A stretch of DNA of 64,000 nucleotides from Amoebidium appalachense (GCA_963693365.1 CAVNZM010000016.1:1867538-1931537); one strand, 5' to 3'; shown: positions 15,200 to 33,401, counted from the stretch's first letter. The notes: generated from the letters alone by a model not told the origin. Numbers and translations are program-made.

Positions 15200-15984
15200 T
15201 CTACTTTTCTTCTTACTGTTTTTCTCTCCACACACTTCATCTGTCCACTTCTGCATACCCCCTTTCATAGCTATAGACACACTTCACACATTGCGTTACG
15301 CGCACGCATGCACACACCGCTCTGTTGGCGACAGCTCCCTTGGAACCCATGCGGCATGTTACCCGCCGGCGTAACATAACTCGGACTATCGGTTTGGCTT
15401 TTTTCAAGCCCAAAGCAATGGGTGATACCATATTTCCGGCTGACATCCGGGGGCATAGCTTTCCGTTCGAAGACGATAAAGTTCCGCCCTAGTAAGCGTG
15501 TTACTACCCTGCGGCGTGGGTCAAATCTCATATTTTCCCCTCTGATTACGAATTCTGTGGCCTTCGGGACTTAATTCTTTTCAGCTGGTGTAGTATGTTA
15601 GCCAGGGAAGTATCGACTTAGGTATCGACGGGGGAGCTTCCTAGAAGCCCCGTCTCCTGAGTTCCTATCTATATTTTTCTTGCTTCTGCTTACTGCTGCA
15701 ACTTTAACCCCCGGCCTTTCCCACTGCCCTTGCCTGCATAAGCAACCCTGCTCGTCTCTGATCAAGACGGGTGACCTACTCATGTTCAAGTGAAACAGTA
15801 TCTGAGTTGGGTTTCGTTAACGAGGGGAATAGGTCGAAACTCGGGTACTGTGGATGACGTGGGCCCCCCCTGAGGATGGGCTCTGCTTATTATGCATACT
15901 CTTTATGTATGGCTTGCATTCTGCATCGTGTTATCCGTTTGTTCTTGTGTACTTCGTACTTTTTGACGCATTCAAAACCCCCCC
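15200..15984 (+). mobile_element. 785-bp copy of the poly(C)-terminated retroposon-like family, nested in the piggyBac-like element
   Basis: Inverted, apparently identical copy at 59462-60246 (the 86-, 69- and 63-aa ORF-track translations are identical). Ends in CATTCAAAA-(C)n. Confidence 0.85.
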
Positions 15985-16006
15985 ACCTCCTCTCTCTCTC
16001 TCTCAC

Positions 16007-16636
16007 CTACTGCTCCTGCTCTTTGGTTCTGCGGTGACGTACAGGCACCCCCTTTTCCAGGTGCTGCTCGTAGCAGTTGCGATTTGAATTTTTGTAGCAC
16101 AATGCCACACGGCACCTGCTGCACATCCAGCTCACCCTGCTGCGCTTGTATCCCTTTTGATCCGTGCGCGCGCACATAACACAGTCGAGCCGCTTGCCGG
16201 AACCGATAAGCACCGGGTGACAGAGGTTGCTTCGTTTGGCGGTTGTGGTGTTTGTTGACAGCGATTTTAGTATGCGCGCACTTTGTTTGCCGGCTGGCAG
16301 AAGTGGGTTGTTGAGAAGTTCACCCACAAGTTTTTCGCACCACTGCTCGTTTGAAAGTGCATTCTTGTCCCCGTCTGCAATGAGATGCTTGTAGGCCAGG
16401 TAGGTGTTTACAAACACCATACCAACTAACCCAGCAAAGGTGCGGTGCCAGGGTGTGTGGGGGACCCATGCCTGCTCGAGTGAACTGTTCCCTTGCCGGA
16501 GTTTGTTGTGTACGTCTGCACTGATGGAATATGTGAAGAATTCGCGCACTGCTTTTGGCATGGGCACTTGTGTTCCGTTTTTTGTGATACGGGGAGCTCC
16601 TGCTTCCGTACTTCCTGCCGTCGTTACTACACGCAT
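16007..16636 (-). pseudogene. C-terminal fragment of a piggyBac-like (DDE_Tnp_1_7-type) transposase with Cys-rich domain
   Basis: ADVHNKLRQG...W.....WHRTFAGLVGMVFVNTYLAY followed by CVMC...WMCSRCRVALC...CYEQH, the piggyBac C-terminal Cys-rich pattern. Most of the catalytic core is missing. Confidence 0.75.
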
Positions 16637-19036
16637 GCTGAAATCCTTATCCTGCCAACGTATGGGGGGGATGGGAGAGGGAGAGGGCGAGCCCCCGCCC
16701 CCCCTCTCCCCCCCTCCCCCCTCCCCTCAATAAAAAGGATATATACGCCTTCGCACATCCCACAACTAGCTGAATCTCGCTCCGTGGTACTTCTTCTACT
16801 TTCCCGTCGTAGTCTATGTGTACCAACCATTTATTGTTCTTTAATACTTGCACAGTTGTGCCTGTGAACTGTTTCGTTTCCCATTCTTCACCAAACTGCT
16901 CTTTACTCCAACGTTCATCATCGTTCCTGACTTTACCATCAAAGATGCGTGGAAAAACCCAAACTCTCTGGTCTTTCCTTAAACGCCTAACAATTTTCTT
17001 TTCTTTTCACCTATTTCTACTCTAATTCTACCTTGTTCTTTTTGTTTTCTAGCGCGCAAACTATCATGCAGTGTCTTTTAGTTCGGAAACCAAACGGTGT
17101 CCGTGATCGGACAGTCGGACACCCCAAAACTGGGGGAAAACGGTGCCACCCATGATCTTTTGCGCGCCAAAAGCTACTCACTCTGCAGTCCTATTGGTTT
17201 CCTATAAAGACAAAAAAGGCAGGAAAATACTAGACCTCATTGGCCATACCCAGCTTGTGGGGTGTTTCCTAGCGAAAACAACGCTAGCGACGCCGCCGAA
17301 AAAGATAGGACACTTTTGTCCTTTTTAGCCATTAATTAGGACAGATTTGTCCGGTTATGCGGATTATCAGTGTGCGTGTGTTGGTGTGACGGTGTGACAT
17401 GTGCGTGTGTGTGTGTACATAAACATACACCGTGTGGGTGTGTCGGTGTGTGTATAAATTTTAAGGACACATGCGTGACTCACCCGCAACTGAAGTTCTT
17501 CGCAATCATTCACATCAACACGTATGTATCAACCCCGGCACAATACCGTTGCACACCAGACTGAGTTCGTATCATATCAGTGCTGCTACATTTGGAGGTA
17601 GCTCTTATTTTTCAAGGCTGATAAAACTCTCCTACCGAAACGACTGATCACGCGCCAACTCATACCCTTGAAAAATAGACAGAGTATACTTGCTCATACG
17701 GCGGCTGAGGCCACATGTTCGAACGTGGCAGACGTCAGTGAGTCATGCCACATGCAGCATGCGCACGTGCATGCACATGCATGAAGATTACTAGTCTGAG
17801 CCATGACTTCTCGCCTGAGTTCAACTCTCCCACAGACAACTCAGACAGAGACGAGACCGTCCATGACGTCATTACAGCTCTACCACAAAATACATGAGGC
17901 TCAGGTCGATGGCACACGTGGTCCATTTGGCCCCCTATATAATATTAGATCTCCAAAGAATTCGAACGCCATACATATCACTTATGATCATTAACAAGCA
18001 GAGGGCATTACCATGTTTAAACAAAAACATAAGTAACTATTGTGCACCAAGCCCTTAGGCATTTTACAGTGTTTGCAGGCAGTGTGTATCTTTTGGGTGC
18101 CGCGTATTCTGTGACATGCATGATGTAACTTGTCGCAAAGTTCAAATTTAAGCTTGCAGACGTCATAAATGACGTCACCCATGGTATTCCCAGATCTAAA
18201 CAGGGTGTGCGATTTATGAGTCCTATGGCTTGGAATACGGACGAATCAACTTTCAAGTGATATAAGTCCAACTGTTCAAGGTGGAAAAATTAAGCAACAT
18301 AACTCGCGCAATTAGCTGTATATATACATATATCGCTAGAAAAACAGACTGCACAAAGCTCTGTTTTGGCTATATTAGTGCACTTTCAACTCTTACCTCT
18401 GGGGACCGTGTGGCATACCAGAGATGACATCTTATCGCGTTTTACGACCCTGAGATCTGAGCCTGACTGATTAGAAAATTCGAAAGCATGTATACAGATT
18501 AGCCTGGTAACAGCCTGCTGTCGATGCACACTGCCACACACACACAAACAAAAAAAAAAGGAAATTTTTTATTCTGCGTCTTTGTATTTCTGCAGCCGCG
18601 TTGTTTGCCCTCTTGCAGCGATTGAAATTTTCTGAGTGCAAATGATTGGCATGACAATCCACATACCTAATGCCCTTTTTTTGAAGTGAGTCGAGGCAGC
18701 CTCAGGCAGGCACCCCCTGGAATTTTTTGCACAGGCCACTCGAAATCCCCCCACATTTTGTATCAGCTTTAGCCAATCAAAACATGCGTTTCCTGATAAA
18801 ATTCCCAATGACAATGTATCTGGAATGTATATGTAGTGGCATAGTGTTCCACAATCACATACCTTCCCTTCTATAATAGCGCCGACTGATGTCCGCTTAC
18901 GTCAGTTTTGCAGGTGTCTTTGGTCTTTCACACACGTTTGTATATACACATAGAGCTATACTGTGGGACTTTTACGTTATGAACTACGCGCAAAAACAAG
19001 CTACGTAAGCCTACAAAGAGCTATACATCATAGAGA

Positions 19037-19921
19037 ATGTTTGACACGTTTTTCAAGCGTCGCGCATCGTTCCACAAGCGCCCAAGCCAACAACAGCCTG
19101 CTGTCCCGATGATGATGAGCATGCAACAACATGCAAAGCGACCAAACCCTAAAACCATGGCTATGCGTTCTTCTAGCAACCTTCTCGTACCATCACAATC
19201 ACAAACATACATAGGAAAACCCCATATGCAGCAACAAACGATGTGCATTCCCTCGCAGGATCGTCTTTCGGTTCCCATTCAAACCACGATTGGCTCAGGC
19301 CTAAGACGTCAGTCTTCAATGATCGTCAGATCACCAACCTCGCACAAACCGAGCAATCAGATGCCATCACCACAACCCATGAAACCCATCCCACAACCAA
19401 CACACATGCAACAGAGAAGGTCTCCACAAAAGATGCCTTCCTACCACCCCGGTGCTGCAAACGTCACATCAGTTCCCATGCAAACTCAGAATCAGATCCC
19501 CATCCCTACGATGCGGCTGACCCCGCGCATCATCACAGATCTCGAGCAACATGAACTGCAGAATCAGCAGCGGCAACACATGGTCGTAACATCAGAGGGA
19601 ATGGTATCGAACAGAGGAGGGGTTAAAGTTGCAAGGGCACCACTTACGCAAGCGTATGCGTACGAATGGGAGAAGGCCGGCCCGGAGGATGAGTACGAGG
19701 TCATCGCCGTAAGGAGGCAGCCAAGGAGGTCTTCTCAGCCAGTGCCGAGTTTCGTTGATGGTGACGTCATGGAGGGTGTTGCGCAAACACAACGACGTGC
19801 AAGTGTGCCGGCGCATGCGCACGTGGCTGAAAGGCGTGCGAGTGGTGGCGCGAGACTGACGGCCGAAAACCTAAAGTTGGTCCCTATAGCTAGGACAAGG
19901 AGTTCAGATGCTTTTTGGTGA
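19037..19921 (+). CDS. Single-exon orphan ORF, 294 aa, Q/P/S/M-rich, probably disordered
   Basis: Long ATG-initiated ORF in repeat-free DNA with recurring RRxS motifs. No family recognised. Confidence 0.6.
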   Translation: MFDTFFKRRASFHKRPSQQQPAVPMMMSMQQHAKRPNPKTMAMRSSSNLLVPSQSQTYIGKPHMQQQTMCIPSQDRLSVPIQTTIGSGLRRQSSMIVRSPTSHKPSNQMPSPQPMKPIPQPTHMQQRRSPQKMPSYHPGAANVTSVPMQTQNQIPIPTMRLTPRIITDLEQHELQNQQRQHMVVTSEGMVSNRGGVKVARAPLTQAYAYEWEKAGPEDEYEVIAVRRQPRRSSQPVPSFVDGDVMEGVAQTQRRASVPAHAHVAERRASGGARLTAENLKLVPIARTRSSDAFW

Positions 19922-20611
19922 TCATTTTTGAAAAACCCGTGAAAGTAGTATTGGGTTTTTGGAAATTTCAGGATGCGGCATTTTAACGCTGTTGTTATAA
20001 TCGAATCTACAACTGTAGTGTATACATAAGCCTATTTCTTGTGTTTGAGAGAGAGACGTCTGGCTACACGGATACTTCGTCGACTACTACTGTGACCTAT
20101 TCGTTTGACAGTATTGTGCTGTGCGCGCGACAAAAAGCTCTGTTTTATTCAATCAGTAATAAATTTACATGGCCACAACACTTTATGGTTGCGATATGAT
20201 AATGTAGATAAATCTTTTGAGTTATCATAATTCCCTCCCCCATCACCCACTTTTACGATTTTATCTTTTCTCAAGTTGGCCGGAACGAAATGGTTGGCCT
20301 GCCCGGTGCTGGCGCCTAATCATTGCCCTCTATTATAAATCATTCGATTAGCCATAAAAGGCAATCTAAGAGCACCACGGATTGGTTTGGTCCCAATTCT
20401 GCGAGAAAAAACCGAAAGCACATAACAACCAATTAGAACCAATTGCTAACAACTTAAAAGGACCTAGCCTGACGGGGTGACGAGAAGCGCACACATTTTA
20501 GATATGTTCAATAACAGTAACCCATACTGTCAAACAAACAAACAAAAAGCCACATTCAAACACACAAAAAAAGCGTGGGAAAATGGGGGGGGGGGGGGGG
20601 GGGGGGGGGGG

Positions 20612-20877
20612 TTGAATGCGGAACACGGTACGAAGTACGCATACACGAAGGACACATGCAAAGGCAAACATTCAAGTATGCAACATAGCCATGCGCGCAG
20701 TATACGTCATAAGCAGAGCCCATCCTCAGGCAGGGCTTAAGTCATCAATTGCGTCTGAGTTTCGACCCCTTAGCTCGCGTATATACGACTCTCCAACTCA
20801 GACAGCAGCATCAATTGAACTTGGAAGGGTCAACCCGTCTTGATCAAAGACGAGCAGGGTTGCATATGCAAGCAAGG
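20612..20877 (-). mobile_element. Diverged, 5'-truncated copy of the poly(C)-terminated family
   Basis: Reverse complement aligns with about 15728-15977 (GCAACCCTGCTCGTCT.TGATCAAGACGGG ... GGTCGAAACTC ... CCTGAGGATGGGCTCTGCTTAT ... GTACTTCGTAC ... CATTCAA). Abuts a poly-G run at 20585-20611. Confidence 0.8.
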
Positions 20878-21630
20878 TGAGCAAAACGGTGAATATGTGT
20901 GTGCAAACTAATGCAGTGCAGCGAAAAATGCGTATGTGCTTACAGATGCACGACACAGAGCAACGATGCCCGGTTGCATGGAAGTAAAGCGGGGGGGGGG
21001 GGGGGGGGGGGGGGGGGGGAGGGCAGGGCAGACAGCAAGGAGAACTATAAACTGGGCTCGGAGTGCTCCCCAGAAGAGAAACACTCATAGATTTTATAGT
21101 TCCAAAACCACACCGGATCTCGGGTTGACTCGGATATTAATAATAATTTTTTTAAAAAAAATAAAAAATAAAAAAAAAACACCCATGAAAACACAACGGC
21201 ATTGAGCAGCAACTAATGACACGAAACCACAGTTGATTTATATTATCGGATGTGGTATGCGAACAACCAACCAAAAAAAAAAACAATACATCCATTCTGG
21301 CTGCTGCAACCCCAATCCACCCGTTACATCACAACCAACTAACGGCTAAACTGCCTAACTGGCAGGTTGTTCTACACTAGCACATATCCTCAAACGTTCG
21401 TCACACCATATCGAAAACTTCAAGCCAACAACCGGCTAATATCGCAATAAAAGACGAGTATGCAGACCACATCGAACCATCCGCGGATTTGGATTTGACT
21501 GTGTGTGTGTATGTGTGTGTGTGTGTGCGCGCGCGCGTGCGTGCCTGTGCATGTGCATGCGTTTGTTTCTGGTGTGTGACTATGTATGCATGCCTGCATG
21601 CATGCATGTACACACACACACACACAAGCA

Positions 21631-27185
<5,555 letters not shown>

Positions 27186-27401
27186 CTGCACAGGGGGGGG
27201 AAGGGGAGACAGCGGGGGGGGGGGGGGGGGGGGGGGAAGGGGGGAGGAGAGGGGGAGGGGGGGGGGGGGGGGGGGGAGTTAGAACCTGTTACTGAGCACG
27301 AGGTACATGTTCATGACAGAACAAAGTGCAGATTTTGCAAGCTTACGCAAATAACATAAATGTGTGGGCGGGTGGGTGGGTAAGGGGTGTGTGTGTGTGG
27401 T

Positions 27402-27448
<47 letters not shown>

Positions 27449-28650
27449 GTAAATGCCTTCTGGAGTGCGAGGGCAAACACAAATCAGGCTTAGGACCATC
27501 GGGGGGGGGGGGGGGGGGGGGGTTGGTGGAGGGTAACGTAACACACCAAATACTATACAAAGAGCGGCAGAGTAGATGAGCCCTTTCATTGGAGGAAAGG
27601 GAGGAGGAGGGAGTATGAATACAAAGAGAAAGACATCGCATTATCACATCCAGGCATCAGGGGGTTTGACATAGCTTATATGGTTGTGTTTGACTCAATA
27701 TGCAGCAATAAAAGCTAGAAATTGAGGGTGGTATGGTTTTTTCAGCCAGGGAGAAATGGCCTGGGCTAGGAAGAGCCCCCCCTCCCCCTTTACCCCCCCC
27801 CCCCCCCCTCCCCCCGCCTCCCAACCCCCTTCACCCCCCTGGTAGGGCTGCTCCATCCAGTAAGCACCCAAACAGGCTGACAACAAGAGCACAAAAAGGG
27901 ACTCCTGTCTTTACCAACCCCCCCTCCCCCCACTCCCCACACACAAACACCCCATTCCTCTTCTCTCTCGATCACTCCCACCCGTTCTCCTCACCAGCAC
28001 CCCACCCTTTCTCTCTCCCTGCCCCCTTTTCTCTCTCCACATCTCCCTCCCTCCCTCCCTCCCTGTCTATCCGTCCATCCCTCCCTCTCTCCCCCGTCTC
28101 TCTATCCCCACCCTCCACCTTTCTACCTCCCCCCCACCCCCCAAAACCTCACACACACACACACACACTCTCTCTCTCTCTCTCTCTCTCTCGCTCTCTC
28201 TCTCTCTCTCATTTTCTCTCTCTGCCTCTCTCTCTCGGTTCCCCCCCCCCCCCCCCCCCCCACCCCACCCCCATGCCGCTGCCGCTGCCGCCGCAACACC
28301 CCCCCCCCCCCCCTCTCCCTCCCCTCCCCCCCCCCCCCCCCGTTTCTCTTCGTGATCTCTGTCTCATCAAGCAATAGCCACAAGCAAATGTGGTTCTGTG
28401 TGCTGTGTAGTTTATTGATTGGCCCAAGCTCTAGGTTGAGTGACAGGGCCCTAAGTGTGATGAACATGGTTTGGGGGGCGGGAGGACGGGGGAGGTGCCG
28501 GGGGGGGGAGGGGAAGGGAGGGGGGGGGGGGGGGGGGGTAGCGGAGGGGGGCAGGGGAAGGGGGGGGGGAGGGGAGGGGCATGTGTGTAAGTGTATGTGT
28601 GTGTGTTTTTTTTTGTGTGTGTGTCTGTGTTTGTGTGTGCACGTTCGTAC

Positions 28651-28696
<46 letters not shown>

Positions 28697-28838
28697 TTCG
28701 TTTGTGCATAGGTGCATTCCGTGGATGAATGCCCCGCTCATTCACGTGTACATTGTATCGCGCTGTGTGTGTGTGTGTGTGTGCGTGTGTGTGCAAGGCC
28801 TCCTAGATAAACGAGGTCTTGGTGTGTGTGTGTGTGTG

Positions 28839-28878
<40 letters not shown>

Positions 28879-29013
28879 GTCTGGGCGTATGGTTAAGTGC
28901 ATATGAGTGTAGGTATGTGCATGGACGTTTACAACATGCCAAAAGATGTAGTTCCAAACCCAAAACCGGGTAGACGAGCTCGGGAGGATGGAATTGCGCC
29001 GGCGGGGGGGGGG

Positions 29014-29045
<32 letters not shown>

Positions 29046-30885
29046 AGGGGGGGGGGGAGGGGGAGGGGGAGGGGAGGGGAGGGGGGGGAGGGGGGAAGAC
29101 ATTCCAAAGTGCAGTGGGGATTCTAGGGCAATTAGGCTTACCGTTGTCGGACGGCACAGCCCTGTCAGCTGGAGATTACTTGTGGAAAGCAAGAGAAATC
29201 TGATGTTTTGGCGGTGGACAAAAAAAATAAATCGGTTTGTCGATGTGTGAGTCGAGAATGACAAATAATGACCAGAATGCACCACAACAGTACAGGAGAT
29301 TTTGCGTGTGTCTGTACAGAACAGCGTATAACGTTCCCTGAGTTTAAGAAACTCAATAATTTGAGAAGTACATAAACAAAACTAGATCCACGACCTATTT
29401 CACGTTAGCAAGTGAGTGACCTCTGTCTGCCCGTCACAGGTTAGCATTCAAGCTGGGTTATACGTTCTTGTGTCTAATCGAGAGCTTTCTTCGTGGTATT
29501 CGCTACGCTGCTACGTATTATGATATGCGCCTCGACACTATAGATGCTCTCATAGGGACGTTGAAATCTTTATGTTATCGCCTGTAGGCCAACGCGGGTT
29601 GTACATACTCTTGAAGAGTAGGAAAGTCTACAAAGGTAGACGTTACCCAGAATCAGAGATAGGACAAAAACACCAGTTCGACAAGAAATGGTTGCGTCAT
29701 AGGATCAAAATCGGAAAGACTAAACTCGCCATTCATTGGCGTTGAACGTTAACGCGCACCACGGCCGGGCTTGGCGCTGGCAGCAGCAGCTGCTATCCGG
29801 ATCCATCTTCTGCTTTCCATGGCCTTGCAAGCTCGCATGAAAAGTGCCCAACTATCAAGAAGTGATGTCTCTGTCTTTCTTCGTAGTAAGCAGATTCCTA
29901 TGGGCTTATGCCTTACCTAATACACGAGTGTGTGATTGTTTTTGTAGCTCCGAGCGGCTGCTCGCATAAAAATGTGCCTGTGCATGGGCTGTGCCCTCTC
30001 GGAATACGAAGTACATGATGGTGACTTCAGTGATCCAGGCAGATCAAAGGCAATGACTCCGAGATCCCATGCGACCATGGTGTATTCTCCTGTTAATTGT
30101 GCAACCAAGATACCAGGTTGTTTTCAAGTTAGTCTTTTCTGTTTCTACGAACGACCACGCTTGAAGTTCTTTTAACTTGCGCGCGCTGAGCGCATCCTCG
30201 CCTGCAGCGCCATATAATAACACTGGTAAACAATGGTATGTTATTTTGGGCGTCTATAACAACATGTATAACAATGGACTGTGTTGTTCGCCCGTGCATA
30301 TCGCCGTCAGTTGCCTTTATATTGGTATACACAGCGTCTATATGTGTGTGGCACTACAGGTAGTGGTATAGTGGCATGTATTCCAGCGTAGAATGAACGT
30401 TACGGCTTTCGTGGCATTGTTGCCGTGTATACCAGACGTACCGCCCCCCCCCCCCCCCCCCCCCCCCCCTCCCCCCCCCCCCCCGGGTCCCCTCCCCCCC
30501 CCCCCCCCCCCCACCCCCACCCACCCACCCACCGGTCCCCTCCCTGCTTGTGGTATTGTTCTGTCACCGCCAGGCCTTCGGGCACATTATCAGAGCCTCA
30601 CATGCTCACATTTTTATCTCGCAGAGCAGTAATCCAGTACTCAGCCGGGGGCATGTGATGTCTATATATTTTTTCTATTTGATTTTTTCGGATCAGGGAC
30701 ATGACTTATTGTACATGTGATATATTAATATAAATATTTTTCTATGGTTTTTTAACGAACTGAACCACATACACAGCCCACTGAAGTGCATCATAAAAAC
30801 CATTGGCAATCACTGTGTGCTAATAGGCTATCATGCACAACTTTCAATTACTAATTCTGAACAACTCGTAATCTCCTAAGCCCCA

Positions 30886-30919
<34 letters not shown>

Positions 30920-31157
30920 TGGGGCCCGCTAACACGTCAAATAAATACACACACCGCCAGACGAAACAGAAGGACAAGAAAAATGGAGAAAAAAGGGTTG
31001 GGTGGGGTGGGGTGGGGTGGGGGGCGGGGGGGGGTTGCATCTATTGGGGAGGGGGGAGGGAGGGGGGGGGTGAATAGAGAAAAGAGAGAGATAGAGGGGG
31101 GGGGGGGGGGGGGGGGGAGAGAGAGAGAGAGAGACAGAGAGACTGAGAGAGAGAGAT

Positions 31158-31197
<40 letters not shown>

Positions 31198-31220
31198 AGA
31201 GAGAGAGCCGAGAGAGAGAG

Positions 31221-31251
<31 letters not shown>

Positions 31252-31518
31252 CCTCGGAGCGAGAGAGGTAGAGAGAGAGATCTGAGAGATTTAGAGACAT
31301 TGATCGGAGAACCTTGGGGGGAGGCCTCAACAGGAGATGAGCGAGGGAGAAAGCCATCAACGAGGGAGAACAACGCCAAATGCGAACTCGGTTGGAATGG
31401 TTGGTCGCTTATTTTGGTTCTTTGTGACAAGAACTGCGCGACGCGTCAGGCGGGCAGCAGGAACGATGTAATCATTCTTAAGCTTGTCGAATATCTTGCT
31501 CCAGACGACGGGAAGAGC

Positions 31519-33401
31519 TGTTGGAGTGCAGACTTACGCTCACTCCACAATATGTGTATGTTAGCTTTACAATTGGTTCCGTGTACACAGACACACGCTG
31601 ACACTCGATCACCACATGCACATCTGCATAGTTGAGGAATGTTGCCAATTGTGTTTTGACTGCAAACGATTGGTTCACTGGTCCCAGAGATCTCTAAATG
31701 AAAGTAACCAATCCGATTAGCGCCTGGCATCCGGATTACATTCCAGACTGCTGCCCCACGGGTATATAAACCACGGCTCTGCCAGGTGCAGAAATGGAGT
31801 TCAGTCATGGAGTTCAGTCATGGAGTTAAGTCATGGAGTTAAGTCATGGAGTTCAGTCATGGAGTTCAGTCATGGAGTTCAGTCATGGAGTTCAGTCATG
31901 GAGTTAACACACTGAAAGCAGTAAAAAACGGGTCAGCGCCCAAGCGCGCCACGACGACCCTAGTCACAGCGGACTCTACTTCCAACAGGGTTATGGGCCC
32001 AGACACGACACCGCGGCCTCTAACTTCACGTCCCCTACGACGCCTTGAACGGAGGAGCCAGAAACCGACTTCTAGGCTGTACCCTACACCCGCGAGCGTA
32101 TTTCCGTGAAGTAGAGACTTTCGCTTCCACAAACTCCATCCGCAGCAGCCTGCGACATCAATGTGAACGTCAAGTATTCCACTTCATTGGCGGGGCACGC
32201 ACCACAGTGGAATGCACACCCCGGTCTACCCTGCAAGCAGCCACACTCACTCTCTCTTCTCTAGTGGTGTGTACACTTCTCCAATTGGGTAGGGGTGTTG
32301 GAGTGCAGACTTACGCTCACTCCACAATATGTGTATGTTAGCTTTACAATTGGTTCCGTGTACACAGACACACGCTGACACTCGATCACCACATGCACAT
32401 CTGCATAGTTGAGGAATGTTGCCAATTGTGTTTTGACTGCAAACGATTGGTTCACTGGTCCCAGAGATCTCTAAATGAAAGTAACCAATCCGATTAGCAC
32501 CTGGCATCCGGATTACATTCCAGACTGCTGCCCCACGGGTATATAAGCCACGTCTCTGCCAGGTGCAGAAATGGAGTTCAGTCATGGAGTTCAGTCATGG
32601 AGTTCAGTCATGGAGTTAAGTCATGGAGTTAACACACTGAAAGCAGTAAAAAACGGGTCAGCGCCCAAGCGCGCCACGACGACCCTAGTCACAGCGGACT
32701 CTACTTCCAACAGGGTTATGGGCCCAGACACGACACCGCGGCCTCTAACTTCATTAGAGACTTTCGCTTCCACAAACTCCATCCGCAGCAGCCTGCGACA
32801 TCAACGTCAAGTATTCCACTTCATTGGCGGGGCACGCACCACAGTGGAATGCACACCCCGGTCTACCCTGCAAGCAGCCACACTCACTCTCTCTTCTCTA
32901 GTGGTGTGTACACTTCTCCAATTGGGTAGGGGTGTTGGAGTGCAGACTTACGCTCACTCCACAATATGTGTATGTTAGCTTTACAATTGGTTCCGTGTAC
33001 ACAGACACACGCTGACACTCGATCACCACATGCACATCTGCATAGTTGAGGAATGTTGCCAATTGTGTTTTGACTGCAAACGATTGGTTCACTGGTCCCA
33101 GAGATCTCTAAATGAAAGTAACCAATCCGATTAGCGCCTGGCATCCGGATTACATTCCAGACTGCTGCCCCACGGGTATATAAACCACGGCTCTGCCAGG
33201 TGCAGAAATGGAGTTCAGTCATGGAGTTCAGTCATGGAGTTAAGTCATGGAGTTAAGTCATGGAGTTCAGTCATGGAGTTCAGTCATGGAGTTCAGTCAT
33301 GGAGTTCAGTCATGGAGTTAACACACTGAAAGCAGTAAAAAACGGGTCAGCGCCCAAGCGCGCCACGACGACCCTAGTCACAGCGGACTCTACTTCCAAC
33401 A
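31519..33401 (+). mobile_element. Tandem TRIM array, LTR-int-LTR-int-LTR, copia type; LTRs 31519-31987, 32296-32712, 32933-33401
   Basis: Each LTR runs TGTTGGAG...TTCCAACA and has a TATA-like box. PBS GGTTATGGGCCCAG (copia half-tRNAiMet type) follows LTR1 and LTR2. PPT GGGTAGGGG precedes LTR2 and LTR3. Internal segments are non-coding, 308 and 220 bp. Confidence 0.9.
31795..31906 (+). repeat. 13-nt tandem repeat ATGGAGTT(C/A)AGTC inside the TRIM LTRs (8, 4 and 8 full units)
   Basis: LTR2 is exactly 52 bp (4 x 13) shorter than LTR1 and LTR3. Confidence 0.9.

Noticed and set aside
15237-15789. Short ORFs (86, 69 and 63 aa) duplicated at 59657-60209 as conserved genes
   Set aside because: The identity reflects recent duplication of the repeat, and no domain is recognisable.
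15796-15850. HDV-like ribozyme (C-GAA before a paired strand)
   Set aside because: There is no room for P1 3' and P4, and the L3/P1.1 consensus is missing.
15830-15885. Hammerhead ribozyme (CTGAGGA and CGAAAC are both present)
   Set aside because: No stem II can join the two core segments in type I, II or III topology in either copy.
15853-15890. SECIS element (ATGA followed by a hairpin)
   Set aside because: The 3' GA of the non-Watson-Crick quartet is absent and no selenoprotein lies upstream.
31795-33320. 13-nt repeat arrays as a CRISPR-like locus
   Set aside because: The repeats are contiguous with no spacers, there are no cas genes, and they lie inside LTRs.
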